NCBI GenBank assembly: GCA_900088475.1 | Contig: FLMG01003947.1 | Span: 1-64,000 of the forward strand | Direction of reading: 5' to 3' | DNA: 64,000 bases | From: Hyphochytrium catenoides | Taxonomy: Eukaryota; Protista; Hyphochytriomycota | Part shown: positions 24,773-38,000 of the stretch, one piece after another | Layout: every line of letters starts with the position of its first letter | Numbering within the stretch: position 1 is the first letter of the stretch | Notes under the pieces: model-generated | The model's input: only the letters and a program-made list of their open reading frames with translations | Database searches by the model: none | Told to the model about the DNA's origin: nothing | Translations under genes and position numbers: made by a program

Positions 24773-27700
24773 TCAAGGTTCCTCTCTGTATCGCCATGGC
24801 TGAGGTGTTTGCAAGTCCCGTACTTGCTCTCTGATCCTTGCCTTCCTTTCTCTCATCTCCTCCTCTCCTGCTCCCAAGACGGTCGAGACAGCAGACCAAG
24901 TAATTCTGGTCTCTTTGGCGAGCTTGACCATAGATTTCGCACAGCGGAGTGTAGATAGATGGAGTTCTTTACTCTGTTCTGCCTTCAGACGAACGATCTC
25001 CTTCTCCACAGAACGAGAGGCAGCCTCGACCTCCATTTCAAGCTGTGTGACACGTCGTTGTGCACCAGAAAGAGACAAATCTCCATCCTTCGCATCGTTT
25101 AACTCTCCTCTGACAGGAGGAAGGAAGGGATTGCTACTTCGCGACTCAAGAGAGAGTCCGTTCTCGGTATGCTCATCGAGGAAGTTGAAGCCCGAAGAGT
25201 AGGCTGGAGGAGAAGGGGTAAGCTGTGCTCGCGATGCTCCTGTCACCCCTCGCTCTCTAGTGGTACTTGGTAGCGTGCCATAGCTGCCTGCTCTCCCTTC
25301 TCTGCCTTGTTTCTCATCCCTCTCTCGTTTGGCAAGGATTAGTTCCCTCCCTTTTCTCCTCCACCTCTGCTCAAGCTCTGAGATCCCTCTGAGTTCTAAA
25401 AGTTGGGCCCTCAACTGCTGTTGAACCTGTTCTTCTGCTTCTCTTCGTTGTTCCCTATATTTCAGATGAAAGGCGCCAAAGCCTTTGTGGAGCAGCTCCA
25501 TGAGGCGGGACATAGACACCTCACCTATAGATAGCGGCAGAAGGGGGAGGGAGAGGAAGAGGCGATGACAGCGCCATGCGTCAGGGCGACCATGCCAGAG
25601 CCAAGGACGAGGCCAGAGCCAAGGACGAGACAGCGAGCTAACAGGAACTCAAAGATGATAAGCTTCCCAGAGAGATGTGCGTTGGGTTCACTAAGGGAAG
25701 GACAAATATCTAAGGTCCAAGCAAGGTAGGATGTAGGACGAAGAGACCCTTAGCGAGTGAACAGACTACACCTCTGCCAAGGACCGGAAAGCTTAGACAC
25801 AGCGTGTTGGAATAGATGAAGGCATGGAAAACGTAGAATTAAGTGACAATGAGGATAAGATGCTGGCTACTGGGGCGTTAACGCAACGTACCTTCTTTCT
25901 TCTCCACTCTAGCCAACTCCTCGCAACACCGGCTGATAGCCTCGAGCTCTACCTGCACTCCCTCGGCTCTCCTCAAGAAAGACTGCCCAGCACTAACCGC
26001 CGACTCTGTGGCCTCCAATTGTGCCATATAGGTTGGAAGTAGGGACGGCGAGCGCGAGACGGAGTATCTCTCTTTGAGCTCGGCCTCTATGCTGTCCTCC
26101 TCGTCTAAATCTAGCTCATTCCCTTGTCCACTTTCGCTTGCTGCGCCTCCTATCCAGGACGGCATGCTATGGCTGACTGCAGAGAAGGCAGACCATCCCC
26201 ACGAGGAGGAATGGGCGGCGAGCTTTCTATCAGACAAACCGGAGCGGCGGCGGCGACCTGCACTTTCCTTAGTGTTGCTGTTCCTTTTCCCTCCTAACCC
26301 TTCTTCATCGTCAGAGTTTTTCCTCTGAGAATTCTGCATCTCACTGCTTTCCTTGATAATGAGAAAGCCCTCAGTGGACATGGTGAGAAATGTCCAAAGG
26401 TCATCGCTATGGCCCAGTACAGGGTGACGAAGAATCGTCCTCAAAAATGCCTAAGATGAAGGACCATTGCCATGTGCAGCGAATGAGAGAGAAAGAATGG
26501 CGTAAGTTGCGGATGCAGCTGCAGACCTCAATGAACAGAGAAGGTGCACACATGGAAGAAGAGCCACAATTCAACCTTCCTCAGTGGACGGCTCTCCCCA
26601 CGACTTTGTTCAATTACCTATTTCGTTCTCTCTATGGTCGTACCTGTAAGCCCATCATTCTGTCCAACACGAACTCTTGGTCCATATTAAGAAATTGCTT
26701 TTCCGGTAGAGCGGGGATCAGCGCGAGAGGGTAAGAGATTCGGAGTCTATCTTGAAGCCACAGGAAATCGCTGTATCGCCGAAAGACCTCGGCCTTCCTC
26801 TCTGGGAGATACGACGCCAGTACCTCAATACTTGCAGCGGCTTCCGCTACGGGGCTCGTGGAGACTGGGGTAGGCCCCGAGCAGAGAGGCAGAGGATCAA
26901 ATAGGAATAGGAGCAAGGAGTCAAGATCCGTAAGGTTTCAGTAAGTGGCGGGAGAGCAACTCTACCTTTCTCTTGAGCTTGTCCATCCTTGGTATTCTCC
27001 TTCTTTCTCGCTTCCATCTTGCAGGTGATGGTATAGCGAGTGTAAGCCAGAGGCCACGCTCCCAATGTCACTGGAGAAGAGACAAAAATCTTTGCGCCAG
27101 TGGGGTCTCTCATCTCCAGATGGCGAGCCAGCTCCTTCTTGGCGGCAACAATTTTGTCAGCCAGGTTTTGCGCTTCTTTCTGCAGGCGTGCCGCTTCAGC
27201 CTCTTTCACTGCAGCCATCTCCCGGAGTTCCTTGGTCTATAGTTCAACACAGGACGGATGACTCGATTAGCAGGGATCTGAGGCCTCTATCCACTTCCAC
27301 TTGAATAGGATACGTCTATCAGTCCAAGAAGATGAGCAGCTGATAGCTCAAATTTTTCCAGTTACTACTGACCAAAAACAGACAGCAAGGTCAATGGAGA
27401 GGTTCATAGAGACGGCAACCCCTACAAAGCGTGATAGGAAAATCCACGAAGCACGCCATTTAGCACTTACCTTAAGCTCTTCTTCTTCTTTCTCCTTCTC
27501 AAGCGACTCAGCTTTCATCTCCAGTTCCGCTAACCGCTGCTTCACCATCTCCGCCTCTGCTCTGGCAAGGATGGCCTCAGCCTCTGCTGCTAGAGCCCTA
27601 TCTTCTCCCAAACTCTTCCTCTCTAGATTCGCTTGAATTCTGTCCAAGTCCTCGATGTACCGTTTGATCTCAGACTTTAGACGGAGAAGCTCAAAGTTCT

Positions 27701-28135
27701 TCGGCAACTCTGTCACCCCATTATTCCCGACGGCCGTCCGCTGCCGACAGTCTGGGCACTCTATTGCTCTAACTCCCGAGCTTTCTACCGGCGCTCGTTC
27801 GAAGAGGTCTGAGAGGCAGCGCTGAAGAGCCACAATGCCAAGATGTTGAAGAATGAGCAAGAAGTGTGGAAGGGATAGAGGTGACGGGCAACGAATATTA
27901 TTGGGAGGATTGCTCATGGTTTTGGAAAGCGGTCTCTTCATACCTGGCAGAGTGTGTGCCCACAGCAAAGAATGCGAGGCGCCATATCTGACTGATTATC
28001 ATCATAGGCTTCATAGCACACCGAGCACTCAAACACGGAGCTGTTGAGCCGCTCCCGCATCCTTTCGGCTTCCTGCGCCAGCTCCTCGTCATTCATGTTG
28101 CTCGGCTCCGGGTGTGCTGTTAGATCTCCGTCCAT
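24773..28135 (-). CDS. RING-finger, coiled-coil, PX domain and BAR-like helical sorting nexin-like protein, multi-exon
   Basis: CSVCYEAYD..PRILCCGHTLCQ|RCL..IECPDCRQRT..LPKNFEL (C3HC4 RING). PX: YTRYTITCK..VFRRYSDFLWLQDRL..YPLALIPALPEK..RMMGLQ..LRHPVL. Long helical C-terminal part. Confidence 0.85.
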
Positions 28136-29181
28136 ATCGCCCTCCTCCCCTTATTTCGAGACACGGAGAGGTTCTAAGAGGCAACAGGATATTGGCAGCT
28201 GACCTCAGTCAAAGCCAGGAGTCATGAACATAGCAAAATCTCTTTCCGCCTCGCACCAGCCAACGCAAAGGCTTTGTTCTTAAGGAGTACTAGTGCCGCC
28301 AAGGGCAAGCCTCCTGAGAGAAGGCCTTACGAATTTGCGACGATAGCTGTGTGACAATCGACTTCGTCAAAGAATACGACGAGGCTCTGTGCTCTCTTCA
28401 AAAAGTAAAGTTTTGGCACAGCGTTAAGCCAACAACCTTTCCTGAGACTTCTCTGGCTCAATTGGTCGCCAATCGGTAACTTTTGCGCATGAAGCTCTCT
28501 CAAGACCAGGAGGCAATGAGGAGGCAGTATGAAGGGCAGATGCGGCGGGGCGGCGGCGGCGGTCGGCAGCTTTCGCTGCGAGTTCTTTTCCTCTCCTTCT
28601 TCCTCCTCCACTGTGGCCTCTTCGCAAGGACTGTCTGTCTTTCTCTTTATTCACCGCAGCAGTTTCCCCTCTGTAGTTGTTGTGTGCTAGGGGTCAATCT
28701 TTAAAGGACTCTTCTTCTTAGAATTCAAGAAATGAAACAATAGAAACATTCAGGTTAGAAGGTCCTTGGAATATAGGGCTGACAGTGTTGTTGTGGTGCT
28801 TTGACAGAAAGAAATCACTTTCGAAGGTTTCCTTATGAATCTCGGCTCTTTAAGGGGTCTGGGGTTGAGGTTCCAAGCCAGATGATGATCGCTCACTGAG
28901 ATCCTTTGCACACCTCCATGCTGGCGTCAATCAGCGATCAACTTTCCGCCATCCTCAGCAACAGCGTTGGGAAGGACAGGATGTCTGCAAGAGCTCGGTG
29001 AGCCTGGCTACTTCGGGCTACTTCTGGTCAGGCAGCAATAAATCATATACTCCCTATACAATGAGCTTCAGAGATCGCTTTAGCTCTGAGACTGCACAGG
29101 TTTCTGTGGGCCTTGAGAGGCTGGATGGTAGCTGGGACGCTTCTGTGTCTCCTTACCCTAACCATTATCAAGCCCTTTGGC

Positions 29182-31481
29182 TTAGGCGGTCGGCCGAGAC
29201 CTCGATAAGAGCTCGTAGGTCTGTAGGTGTAGGTTGGCGAGTGGATAGAAGGGTAGGTGTGGCGTTCTTATGCTAATAATGCAGGAAAATATGTCAAGAG
29301 TCAAGGCTAGATTGTGCGTGTGCTGCGGAACGGGAGACATGCTGTCCTCATACCTTAGGAATGCGGATCTCCATCACACCCTGAATAGTCCTCAGCTTGT
29401 CGCTAAGGCCCATCAACCTCATTCGCTGCATGTCAGGATCGAGGGCTAATAAGGTGCTTCTAGAGATCCCCACGAGAGTACAGAGGTACTGGAGGATTGG
29501 GCATATAGAGTTCGAACGGTGAGGTCCCAAGAAATAATATAGCAACAGGCCATCAGAGGGCTCACCTCTTCGTCAAGAACAACCTCCTCAGTCGTCATGC
29601 CATTGTCAACTAGTACACAGAGCGATAGTGAAGCTAGATCGAACTTCACTCTACGTGAGATATAGGCCTGGAACCGGGAATAGGCTCGCGTTAGGCGATG
29701 TCAATTCATCACACGCTAGTCCTGAGCCTGGCCAAACCCAGCAAGTTACCTTGACTTTAACGATAGATCCTGCCGGAGACTTGCGGAGTTCGCTCAGACA
29801 GATCCAAGGTGGAATGACAGGTGACTTAGGCGGCTTTACATCGCGGCCAGCTTGCCCCACCTCTTCGTTATATTGCGCAGCAGAAGAGTAACCCCTTACA
29901 ATCGATTTCTGGTTCGCTGCATAGGGAGCTATTGAGGAGTGCGTGGAAACTGTATCGTCCTCTTCGAAAAGATGGTCAATGCTAGCCTCTTCATCCGAAA
30001 GCACCAAGCCCGCTGTCTCCTCTAAGTCCACCATAGGGTGGCGCGGGTTTGGTTGCATTTCCTCGCCAGGTCTGTCCGGAGCTTCAGCTAAAGTTGGCTG
30101 GAGATTCGGACCTGAGTGGTCCCAGGTCGGCCGCTGTCCCACGCTGTTTCTATTCTGTACGGAATCCCGCCGTTGTCTCCCAGTTGACTCTTGCTCCAAG
30201 CCCAGCAGATTGGGTTGGGGGTCTATGGACGGCACTGCGCTCTGGGCATTTCCGCTGGGCCTAGCTGACATCGCATCTATAGCTCGTCGAGTCGGCACAG
30301 GTGCAAGTGGAGCTCCTTGGCTATTGGCCAACACAGTGGGACCCAACGGGCCAACCGCAGCATTTACTTGATGATGCTGTTGTTGTCCTGGTCCTGACGG
30401 TAAGTCCTACGCAGTGGAGGTTAACGAAACTTCATCACGTGGCAATAACCTAGGCATCTTACCAGTCTTGGCGTTGCACTTCTAGTATACGTATGACCTG
30501 AGGCGTTATCCTCAGCATCCCTCTCGGATCTACTTCGCTTATTGCTATTGTCCAGGGGGACAGCCCGTAAAGGTCTAGGAGTAGCCTGGACCTGGTTCTG
30601 CGATGGTTGACCAGGCCTGTATGCACCATTGAGATATGCGGCCGAAGTGCGATAATATAATGCTAATTCTTGCCTGCCAGACTCAAGCGTAGAACCGCCA
30701 TTATCATTTTCAGAGCTGTCTTTGAAGCCACTGCCTATCATCCAGATCCTATCAGGGGTTAGAAGGAGGAGGCCCCGTCGAATCAGGACCTTGGAGAGAA
30801 GGAACTGAGCCGAAAAGATAGGTGCACAGTCAGTATATTTGTAGAAGGATAGGATAACATCTCACTCAGCTGAGCTCACTTTGGCACCCGGGAGCACATT
30901 CGCGCCTATTGCTGGGATTGCTGCAAGCCTGTTGCGCTGCTTAGGAAGAGCTGTAAGCGTATCGTGGGAAAAAGAAGCCTTACTCGAGCCCAAAGACTTG
31001 TTGGACGCCATCCGTGAAAGCCAACATCAAAGTTCTTGACGTCTTGGTGATATCTTTCCTGCTTTCTAGCGGCTCGGAGATGTTTACTGCTTCTTCTAGC
31101 TATTCATTACCAAGCAGCTCGTCTGAGAGAAGACAGACAGGAGTCATATAATTGCTGGTTTTCTACCTGAGCCACCAAAGGACCCTCTAGAACTCCTTCT
31201 TGTATCCCGGACACGTTAGGTGGCAAAGCGCCGCAGCCGGCGTCCTTGTAGTCACTGAGAAGGAACGCCTTATAGAGGTTTTCCAGCTGTCTGCAGGTAC
31301 AAGAAGAGTCAGGCAGTCTGGCGAGCTATCAGCGAGGTTGAGCTTGCTGTTGCTGGTCAGACCTTGGGAGTCCCTGCATCTGAAGGTGCCGTAAAGTATT
31401 TCCAACCCATGCTTCTGTGACATAAATGCCCTTGGACTTCAGCTGCCCAACCAGATGCTCGGTTGATGGCTCGGACAACAT
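29182..31481 (-). CDS. RMI1: RecQ-mediated genome instability protein 1, multi-exon; 3' end uncertain
   Basis: Exons read VTEAWV.., FLLSDYKDAGCGALP..LEGPLVAQ|LEEAVNISEP..RTLMLAFTDGVQQVFGLE|..IPAI..LPGAK|FLLSKVLIRRGLLLLTPDRIWMIGSG (RMI1 N-terminal OB fold). A C-terminal OB-like part follows: PWICLSEL..VKVK, LCVLVDNG, LCTLVG..LSDKLRTIQGVMEIR. Confidence 0.82.
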
Positions 31482-32224
31482 TCCTGTGTGTGCTGCTGCC
31501 TTTGCAGCTTGCCTCTTACATCCGGCCAAAAGGCACCATCTTGCCAGCGCCGACACTACGAGGGTAGACCTAATGTCGCTGGAATTCCCAGCCCATATCA
31601 AAGCATTGATGTAGGCGACTTGGAGAAATAGCCGTGAGCACAAGGGTTCTCCTAGCCCTCATGCATCCGCGGCGGGCCAGCAGGTCAGTGCTGCAGGTTC
31701 AGATCTGCACTTCAGAAGTTATTGAGGCTTTCATTGCAATCGTCCCCCAAGTAATCAACGAGGCCTTTTTGGCGCGTATTCCTGTTCATACACCACTATC
31801 ACTTTCCTGTCTCTCATTCTGATAATCAGAAATCGTAATTACTGATATATCAAACGATGACTGCAGATAAACCCCAGGACAGAGAGGAGTTACAAAGTGC
31901 CAGAGAGCGGTTGTCCAGGAGGACCTCTTCCTCCTTACCCTCTCAACTATAAGGAGAGAAGCCTAGGATGGCAGTCCAGCGTCTTGGCTCTGGTCCTTTC
32001 CAGCTACAGCGCTTGATGGAAGCTGCACGAGCTGCGTGGGCAGCCATCGCTGGCAGGAAGGAGAGAGGTGATGGCGCAGTTCTATTTGCAGGGTAGAGTT
32101 ATATCCTCAAAATACATGTTGAGCTGAATCCTCCTGATGTGCCTGGCGTTATGTAGACAGGACATCACGCTATTGTTCCAAGAAGGTAGCACTCTATCTT
32201 ATTCTGTCCTGCTTGTATTCACTC

Positions 32225-32233
32225 TCCTCTCTC

Positions 32234-32266
<33 letters not shown>

Positions 32267-32283
32267 GGGTCTCTCTTTCTCTC
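32225..32283. repeat. (CT)n microsatellite
   Basis: Directly visible. Confidence 0.85.
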
Positions 32284-32911
32284 TTCCTCGCCAGTTTCGT
32301 GGCTCGCTCCTCATTGATTCTTTCTCTGGCTGTCGCCCCGTTTACACTCTCTTCAGTCCTATCCTTACCTTCTTTTCCTTTTCAATGTCTCTCTCTTTCA
32401 TTCTCTCTTCTTCTCTCTTTTCATGGCGCGCTACTCATCAACCTCCCTCTGGCTATTTCCCATTCACGCATTGTTCGGCCCTTTCCTCTTCCTTTCTCTT
32501 TCCTCAGTCCGCATTAACTCTCGGGCTACTTATAGGGAAAAAATGGCCAATTCATGACGGTCCAACAAAGTATATTTATAGCCTTCCATTAGAATGAACA
32601 TTGGTTCTCTTAGGCGGTCTGACCTAATAATAAGTATTTGTATCCTGTTCGCTGCATGGATATTGTGAAAACCCTGCCCCTTGCCCACCAAGCTTGCGCC
32701 CGCAGTGACAAAGGGCGAAGCAGTCTCTGGCGGTTCTCATTCTTAATGCTACCAAGCCATTGAAAGGACATCGTGCGTTGCGGCTATTGACATACATACT
32801 GATCTACAGACTCTACACCGCCACCTATCCTCAACCATAACTACTGTGCGCTGAGCCCCCAAGCATTGCCTACTTCTACTACCACAAGGACATCCTTAGG
32901 ATCTCCGAACC

Positions 32912-33187
32912 ATGAACTCTCACGCCCCGTCACTAACTGTGCTTGTCAACCATACAAAGAAGAATATTGGAACCCTGATGCGTGGACTCCTCACCCCCGA
33001 GGAAGATAATCAACCCATCCAAAAAGTGCCACTTCCACCTTGCTGCCAGAAACCAAGTCCCATCGCATCCAGTCCAAAGAACCTCAACAACAAAGTCGGT
33101 CTCGCAGATTTGAAACGACCGAACGGAAGCATTGAAAGAGCTGTAGAGCTAGCCAATCGCCCAAGAATTGAAGAGCTGGATGACTAG
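32912..33187 (+). CDS. Hypothetical 91-aa protein ending ..RPRIEELDD
   Basis: ATG in good context (aaccATGa), protein-like composition, and no other gene in the interval. No recognisable domain. Confidence 0.4.
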   Translation: MNSHAPSLTVLVNHTKKNIGTLMRGLLTPEEDNQPIQKVPLPPCCQKPSPIASSPKNLNNKVGLADLKRPNGSIERAVELANRPRIEELDD

Positions 33188-33846
33188 AAAGAATGAAGTC
33201 CTTACGAAGGGCATCAGTTAGTTAGCTTTCCACATGTATTTATTCTAATGACTATGATAATGGTCCGCGATTGTGTCTGAGAGACAAGAGTGAGCTTTAC
33301 CTGTAGACAGCTTATCAAAAATATTTAAAGAGTTGCGTAGAGCTAGTTACAAGGCTGTCTATTATTTTATTGCGAGGGTCGTGTCTCCCCACCAGCCAGC
33401 TCAATGCCTGAAACAATGAAGCACCGGCTGAGGTTATGCATCTTAAGCCGAGGTAAGTCAAACATCAGCGCGTCAAGAGACCGCTACACGCCGCTCTACC
33501 ATCTAAAGCAGACGTTGTAAAGAAATAGATATTGGAGAAGGGCTGCGCTCAAAGCTCAGGTTGAAGCCTCACAGTCACAGTCATAGTATCTTCCGGCTGT
33601 TTGCCTCGACCGCGGTTCAGCTGGTAAGGTCTAGTCAATATCGCTGTACCAGCAGTGTTCAGGGACTTTCGTTGCGCCTCACGCGAGTTCCAGCACAGCC
33701 ATTGGGAGAGAAAGCATCAGTAATAACCCCCACACATAGCTGAAGATATCTGGCAGACCCTGCAACACGGGATAGTTCCTTGCCAGCGGTTAGGTGGAGG
33801 ACTTAAAAGGTTTAACGTTTGCTCTATTCACTCAGTCTCAGTCTCC

Positions 33847-34422
33847 TCATTTAGCCTTCATTGTCCAATATATAAGAAAGAACACGAACACCACGAAGAA
33901 GGCTAAATATATCATGTGCTTGCCACCGCCAGACTGAAGCATTGAGTTCATCTTCTTCAACGTATTGCCTAGAAGCCCTCCTGCGCTATCGAAATCCGAA
34001 CTCTATCATTGGAATCGAAGTCAGATCAGTGAGACCAAACACCATAGGAGGGCTCAGAACTGCTGCTCACCATGCCATCCAGAAACTTGTTTTGAGACAC
34101 TATTTCCGTGTTGATGTCAAGCGTCAGCTGTATTAAAGAAGCCAGAACGACTCAGGTACTGTCGTGTCATTGCCAGAGGAGTGCTACTATACCTGTTTTA
34201 AAGAAGAGACTTGGTTGTGAAGTGCACTCAGCTCCCTGTTGTTCTGCTCCTCAAACAGATTCCTCGTCTGCTCAGCGTGCGCATCATTGCTTGGCAGGGG
34301 TCCATAAGCTGGACGCTGTGAAGCGATCAAGTGAGCACCATCACCTACAGGATTCCAATGTTGCTGCAATCACTCACAGTGCCCCTGTTGCCAAAGAGGC
34401 TTTCTCGGTTCCTGTGCGTCAT
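33847..34422 (-). CDS. BET1: BET1-like Qc-SNARE, 4 exons
   Basis: Spliced product ..FEEQNNRELSALHNQVSSLKQ|LTLDINTEIVSQNKFLDGM|SSDFDSAGGLLGNTLKKMNSM..HMIYLAFFVVFVFFLIYW..*: SNARE motif plus C-terminal TM. An alternative in-frame ATG sits at 34440. Confidence 0.9.
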
Positions 34423-35099
34423 ATGCGGGTGCTGATGCATCAGCTATCTATAAAGCCTAGGTGCCGCAGGACGCCAAGGAGGGAGCTTCTGGCAGTTTTT
34501 TAGCCGAAACGCTGCGCTAGCTACTACGAGCTTCCACCCAAGATAAGCCTCACTTATATAAGTCAACTCTTCTGTCCTTCGGACGCTGACTCAATAACTC
34601 AGCTACTCTATAGACGTGGAACAGACAATCTGGTGATTATTCCTTTCATAAGAGCTTCCGCATGGTCGGGCTTTGTGTTGACGCTAATGATCATAAGAAA
34701 GTTCGATAGTTCTATGCAGAACCTCTGTCTCGCAATGCTACTCTTGAAGCTTTTTGCCATAAAATAAACATTTTACAGGTAAGCACCTACACTGCCCCAT
34801 GTGCTGTGCAAGCAGCTGTGCTTTTGTCTGTGAACCTTTTCTTTGATCTGCCGCTATGAAATCAAAAGAGTCTGATCCCGTGTTAGTTACTGGCCCATTG
34901 GTTATCATTCAAAATAGTTTTGTCAGTTCCAGTTTGCGCCGCTCAGACTTCAACACTGCACTTGACCAGCTCCATGAGCGGCCAAAGCGAGGCGGCACGA
35001 TGTAGGTTCTCCAGCAGCATGGCTTCAAGGCACAAATATTAGGGCGTGGAAGCCGCGACTGTCTTCGGTCTTGCTGTTGGATGCGGCTTCGTACTGGTT

Positions 35100-38000
35100 A
35101 TGAGGCAGAAGATGGCATGTGCTCCTCGAAGGTACCGGAAGGTAGGAGAGAAATAGACGTGGATTACCAGGGATGGATCCGGCACATGTAGTCTAGTCTG
35201 GAGAAGAAAATGGTGCTGTTGAGTAGAGATAAAGTCCGAGCATAAGGGAGAACTGGAAGCTGCTGCAGCAGCAGCGGCAGCTCTGGAGAGGGCACCTTAT
35301 TCTGGCCGTGAGATCCATGTCCACCTAAAGACTCGGGACATACTTGGCCATCTATTTGGCTTCTCTCCTTTCCGTAGCGCTGCTGCTCATAAGCTTGAAG
35401 TCTGTATGCTTGTGACGCATCTCCTCAACGAGATGGATCCCGCTAAGACTGAAGCTCCGTCCTCAGCCACCGCTCTTGAGCTTAAGGAGTCACAGCTTGA
35501 GCCTCTTACCCCATCCAGCGAAAACAAGCCGAAGTCAGTCACCATTCAGGCTCCAGTTAGGCCAATGAACCTCCACAGGTTGTCTGCACTAGCTAGGGCA
35601 AGTCCACACTGCCGTCCCTACTGACATTGTACTTGCAGCTCTATCAACGGCGAGATAAGAGTCGCAGAGGCGTCGAGCTTTATGGACGATGTTTATTCAG
35701 CGAGCCGCGGCCTCCAAGTACCTCGGACTCCCATCGCAGCAGCCATTTTGAAGGATCCGGCAGTTTTGAAAGATCTCTTCCTGAAGACCTCAGGTGTGGT
35801 TGCAGAGCACGAGAAGCAGATTCGCTCACTGTTCAGAAAGCTGTGTGAAGAGGATTCGAAGGTGGGAACTTGTTCATGCCTTTGATTGGCAGTTTCCTCA
35901 GGCCTTGTCTTAGAGACCTAGGACCTGCTCTCTTCTTTTCAATCTAAACCTTATACCACTTAGGTAACTTTTGGAGAGCCGACGCGGATGGCTTACTCTA
36001 CCTTCGTGAGGTTTATACTCTCCAGCCAGAACGAGCCCGACGAAGTTCCGCTGTTTTTCAACGCTATGTCACGTCCTCTTGGGGGAAACGTGATAAATGT
36101 CCCGCCTTCAGCCCGGCAGATCCCTTCAATGACGCTATCAGAAGACGATTTTGTCCTTGGAATAGCGGTTACCGATCCATGGACTCCCCACGAAGGGTTG
36201 TCTGGCATTGTCCGCTTAGCTTCAATCTTCAGCGCTTATGATACAGACGGGGATGGAGTCTTAGACGTCTCAGGTGGGCGTAAATTGATCTCTTATCGTT
36301 GTACGGCTGAAAGACGGGGTGTGCCATTCTTCTTTCATCCACGATGACGCCATCATCCTCATACGCGGCTATCATATCCCACCGCTGGTTGCGTGACCAC
36401 CCTATAGAAGCGGACTCTTAGTATCCCATGTGCCTGTCTCTATGTGGAGTGATTCTCTCGTCTCTGTGGAGCAATTTGCTACTACGTTCTAATCTGACAC
36501 TCTCCCGTCATTTTTGAGTAGATTTCCTGACAATGATACGACATATCAGAAGAGCAAAGGCTGAGAGCACTGCTCAAAGAGCTGTTGTCAAGGCTGGAAA
36601 GATGGTCGCCGCCAACATCTCTACGTCCATTGAAAATGGTATCACGAAGTTTGACTTCGTTCGGATGGTTCTGGACGAAACCTTACAAGGCACAGAGAAC
36701 CTTCTTCGGCTTAGAAAATCCCCATTCAGGGAGCAAGCGGATTGTGTGAGGGGCCTCTCGGTCGCTGAGCTAGAGCTAGAAGTTAGGGGAAAAGATGCCT
36801 CTCCAGCCCTGCCAAAGGCCCCTCTTACGAGAGAAGAACGCCGTCAGAGGTTTAAACGCCGTAGAAGCTTTAAGTGCGAGAACTTCACGGATGATGATCT
36901 CCAAATATTGGACATGAACGTTCATGACCTAGGAAAAGGGGAAGGACCGTCAAAGAAGCTAAAAATTTCGGATTTTGCGCTTCCTCGTTCTGCAACGGAG
37001 TCTATGCTGGGAGAACTGCCACAGAGTAAGGCTATGAAGCACTTTTGTCTTGTCTTATCATTCTTCCATTTGTCAATAATTCGCTTCTTTGGTGTAACCC
37101 TTCTTAATCCCTTATCATTCTTGTCTTTTATTTCACTGCTATCAATGGGAGATCTTACCCTTTTTGTCACCCTTGCATTGTTAGATGCCAATCAAGAAGT
37201 TATGGACCAGGAGGCGCCGAAAGTGTTAACATTCCTACTCAACCCTAAGGGTGACCCAAACTTCTGCAACTGGAAAGAAGAGGAGTCTTCTCCTTGCATT
37301 GAAATGCAAGAGGAAGGACCTAGACTCGTTCCTGACAAGTCTCGACTTCGAAAGGTGCTAGTAGTTCCTGAGCCAAATGCAAAGAACTTTGGCAACGCGA
37401 TAAGGTAACCGCAGGTTCATGCCATATAAACTGACTTCCGCCAGTATCTGGTCAGAAAGCGCTAACCTTCTCCCTCAGGTATCTGGCTGATAAATGCGCC
37501 AAGCTTTGTCAAGAGGAGGAACGGGTCCTCCAGCTGTCGTCACCGGTAAGTATTGTTAGGGACATTCAAAATGCATGACTTCGAGAAGTGTTTTAACGAC
37601 AAAGATAAGGGTCAAAGCTACGCTCGAGAGCTAGCAACCCGCGACTGTAGAAGGGATGGGGAATGCAGTGACGTCCTTCTGATCTATCTGGCGACTTTTC
37701 AAGGTCGTCAGTGCAGTAGTTCTGAATATTTAGACCAATTGCTGCAGCGACAGGCGGCGAGGGATGATAGAGAGACTTGCAGGAGCTGATAAAGTCTTCC
37801 ATTCTAATTCAGGTGTATGTCTTTGGCGATTTGCATGGGAACATGCAAGACCTGGCGTGGCTTGGTGAAAAGTTATGGCCTTTAGGTCCCGTTCATACGG
37901 CTGGAAAGTTCCTATTTCTGGTATGATAGAATCTCAATGAGAAACCTAGGACATGCTCTGATTTCTCCGTCACGTACTTTTGCTTCACGGTGTTTCAGAC

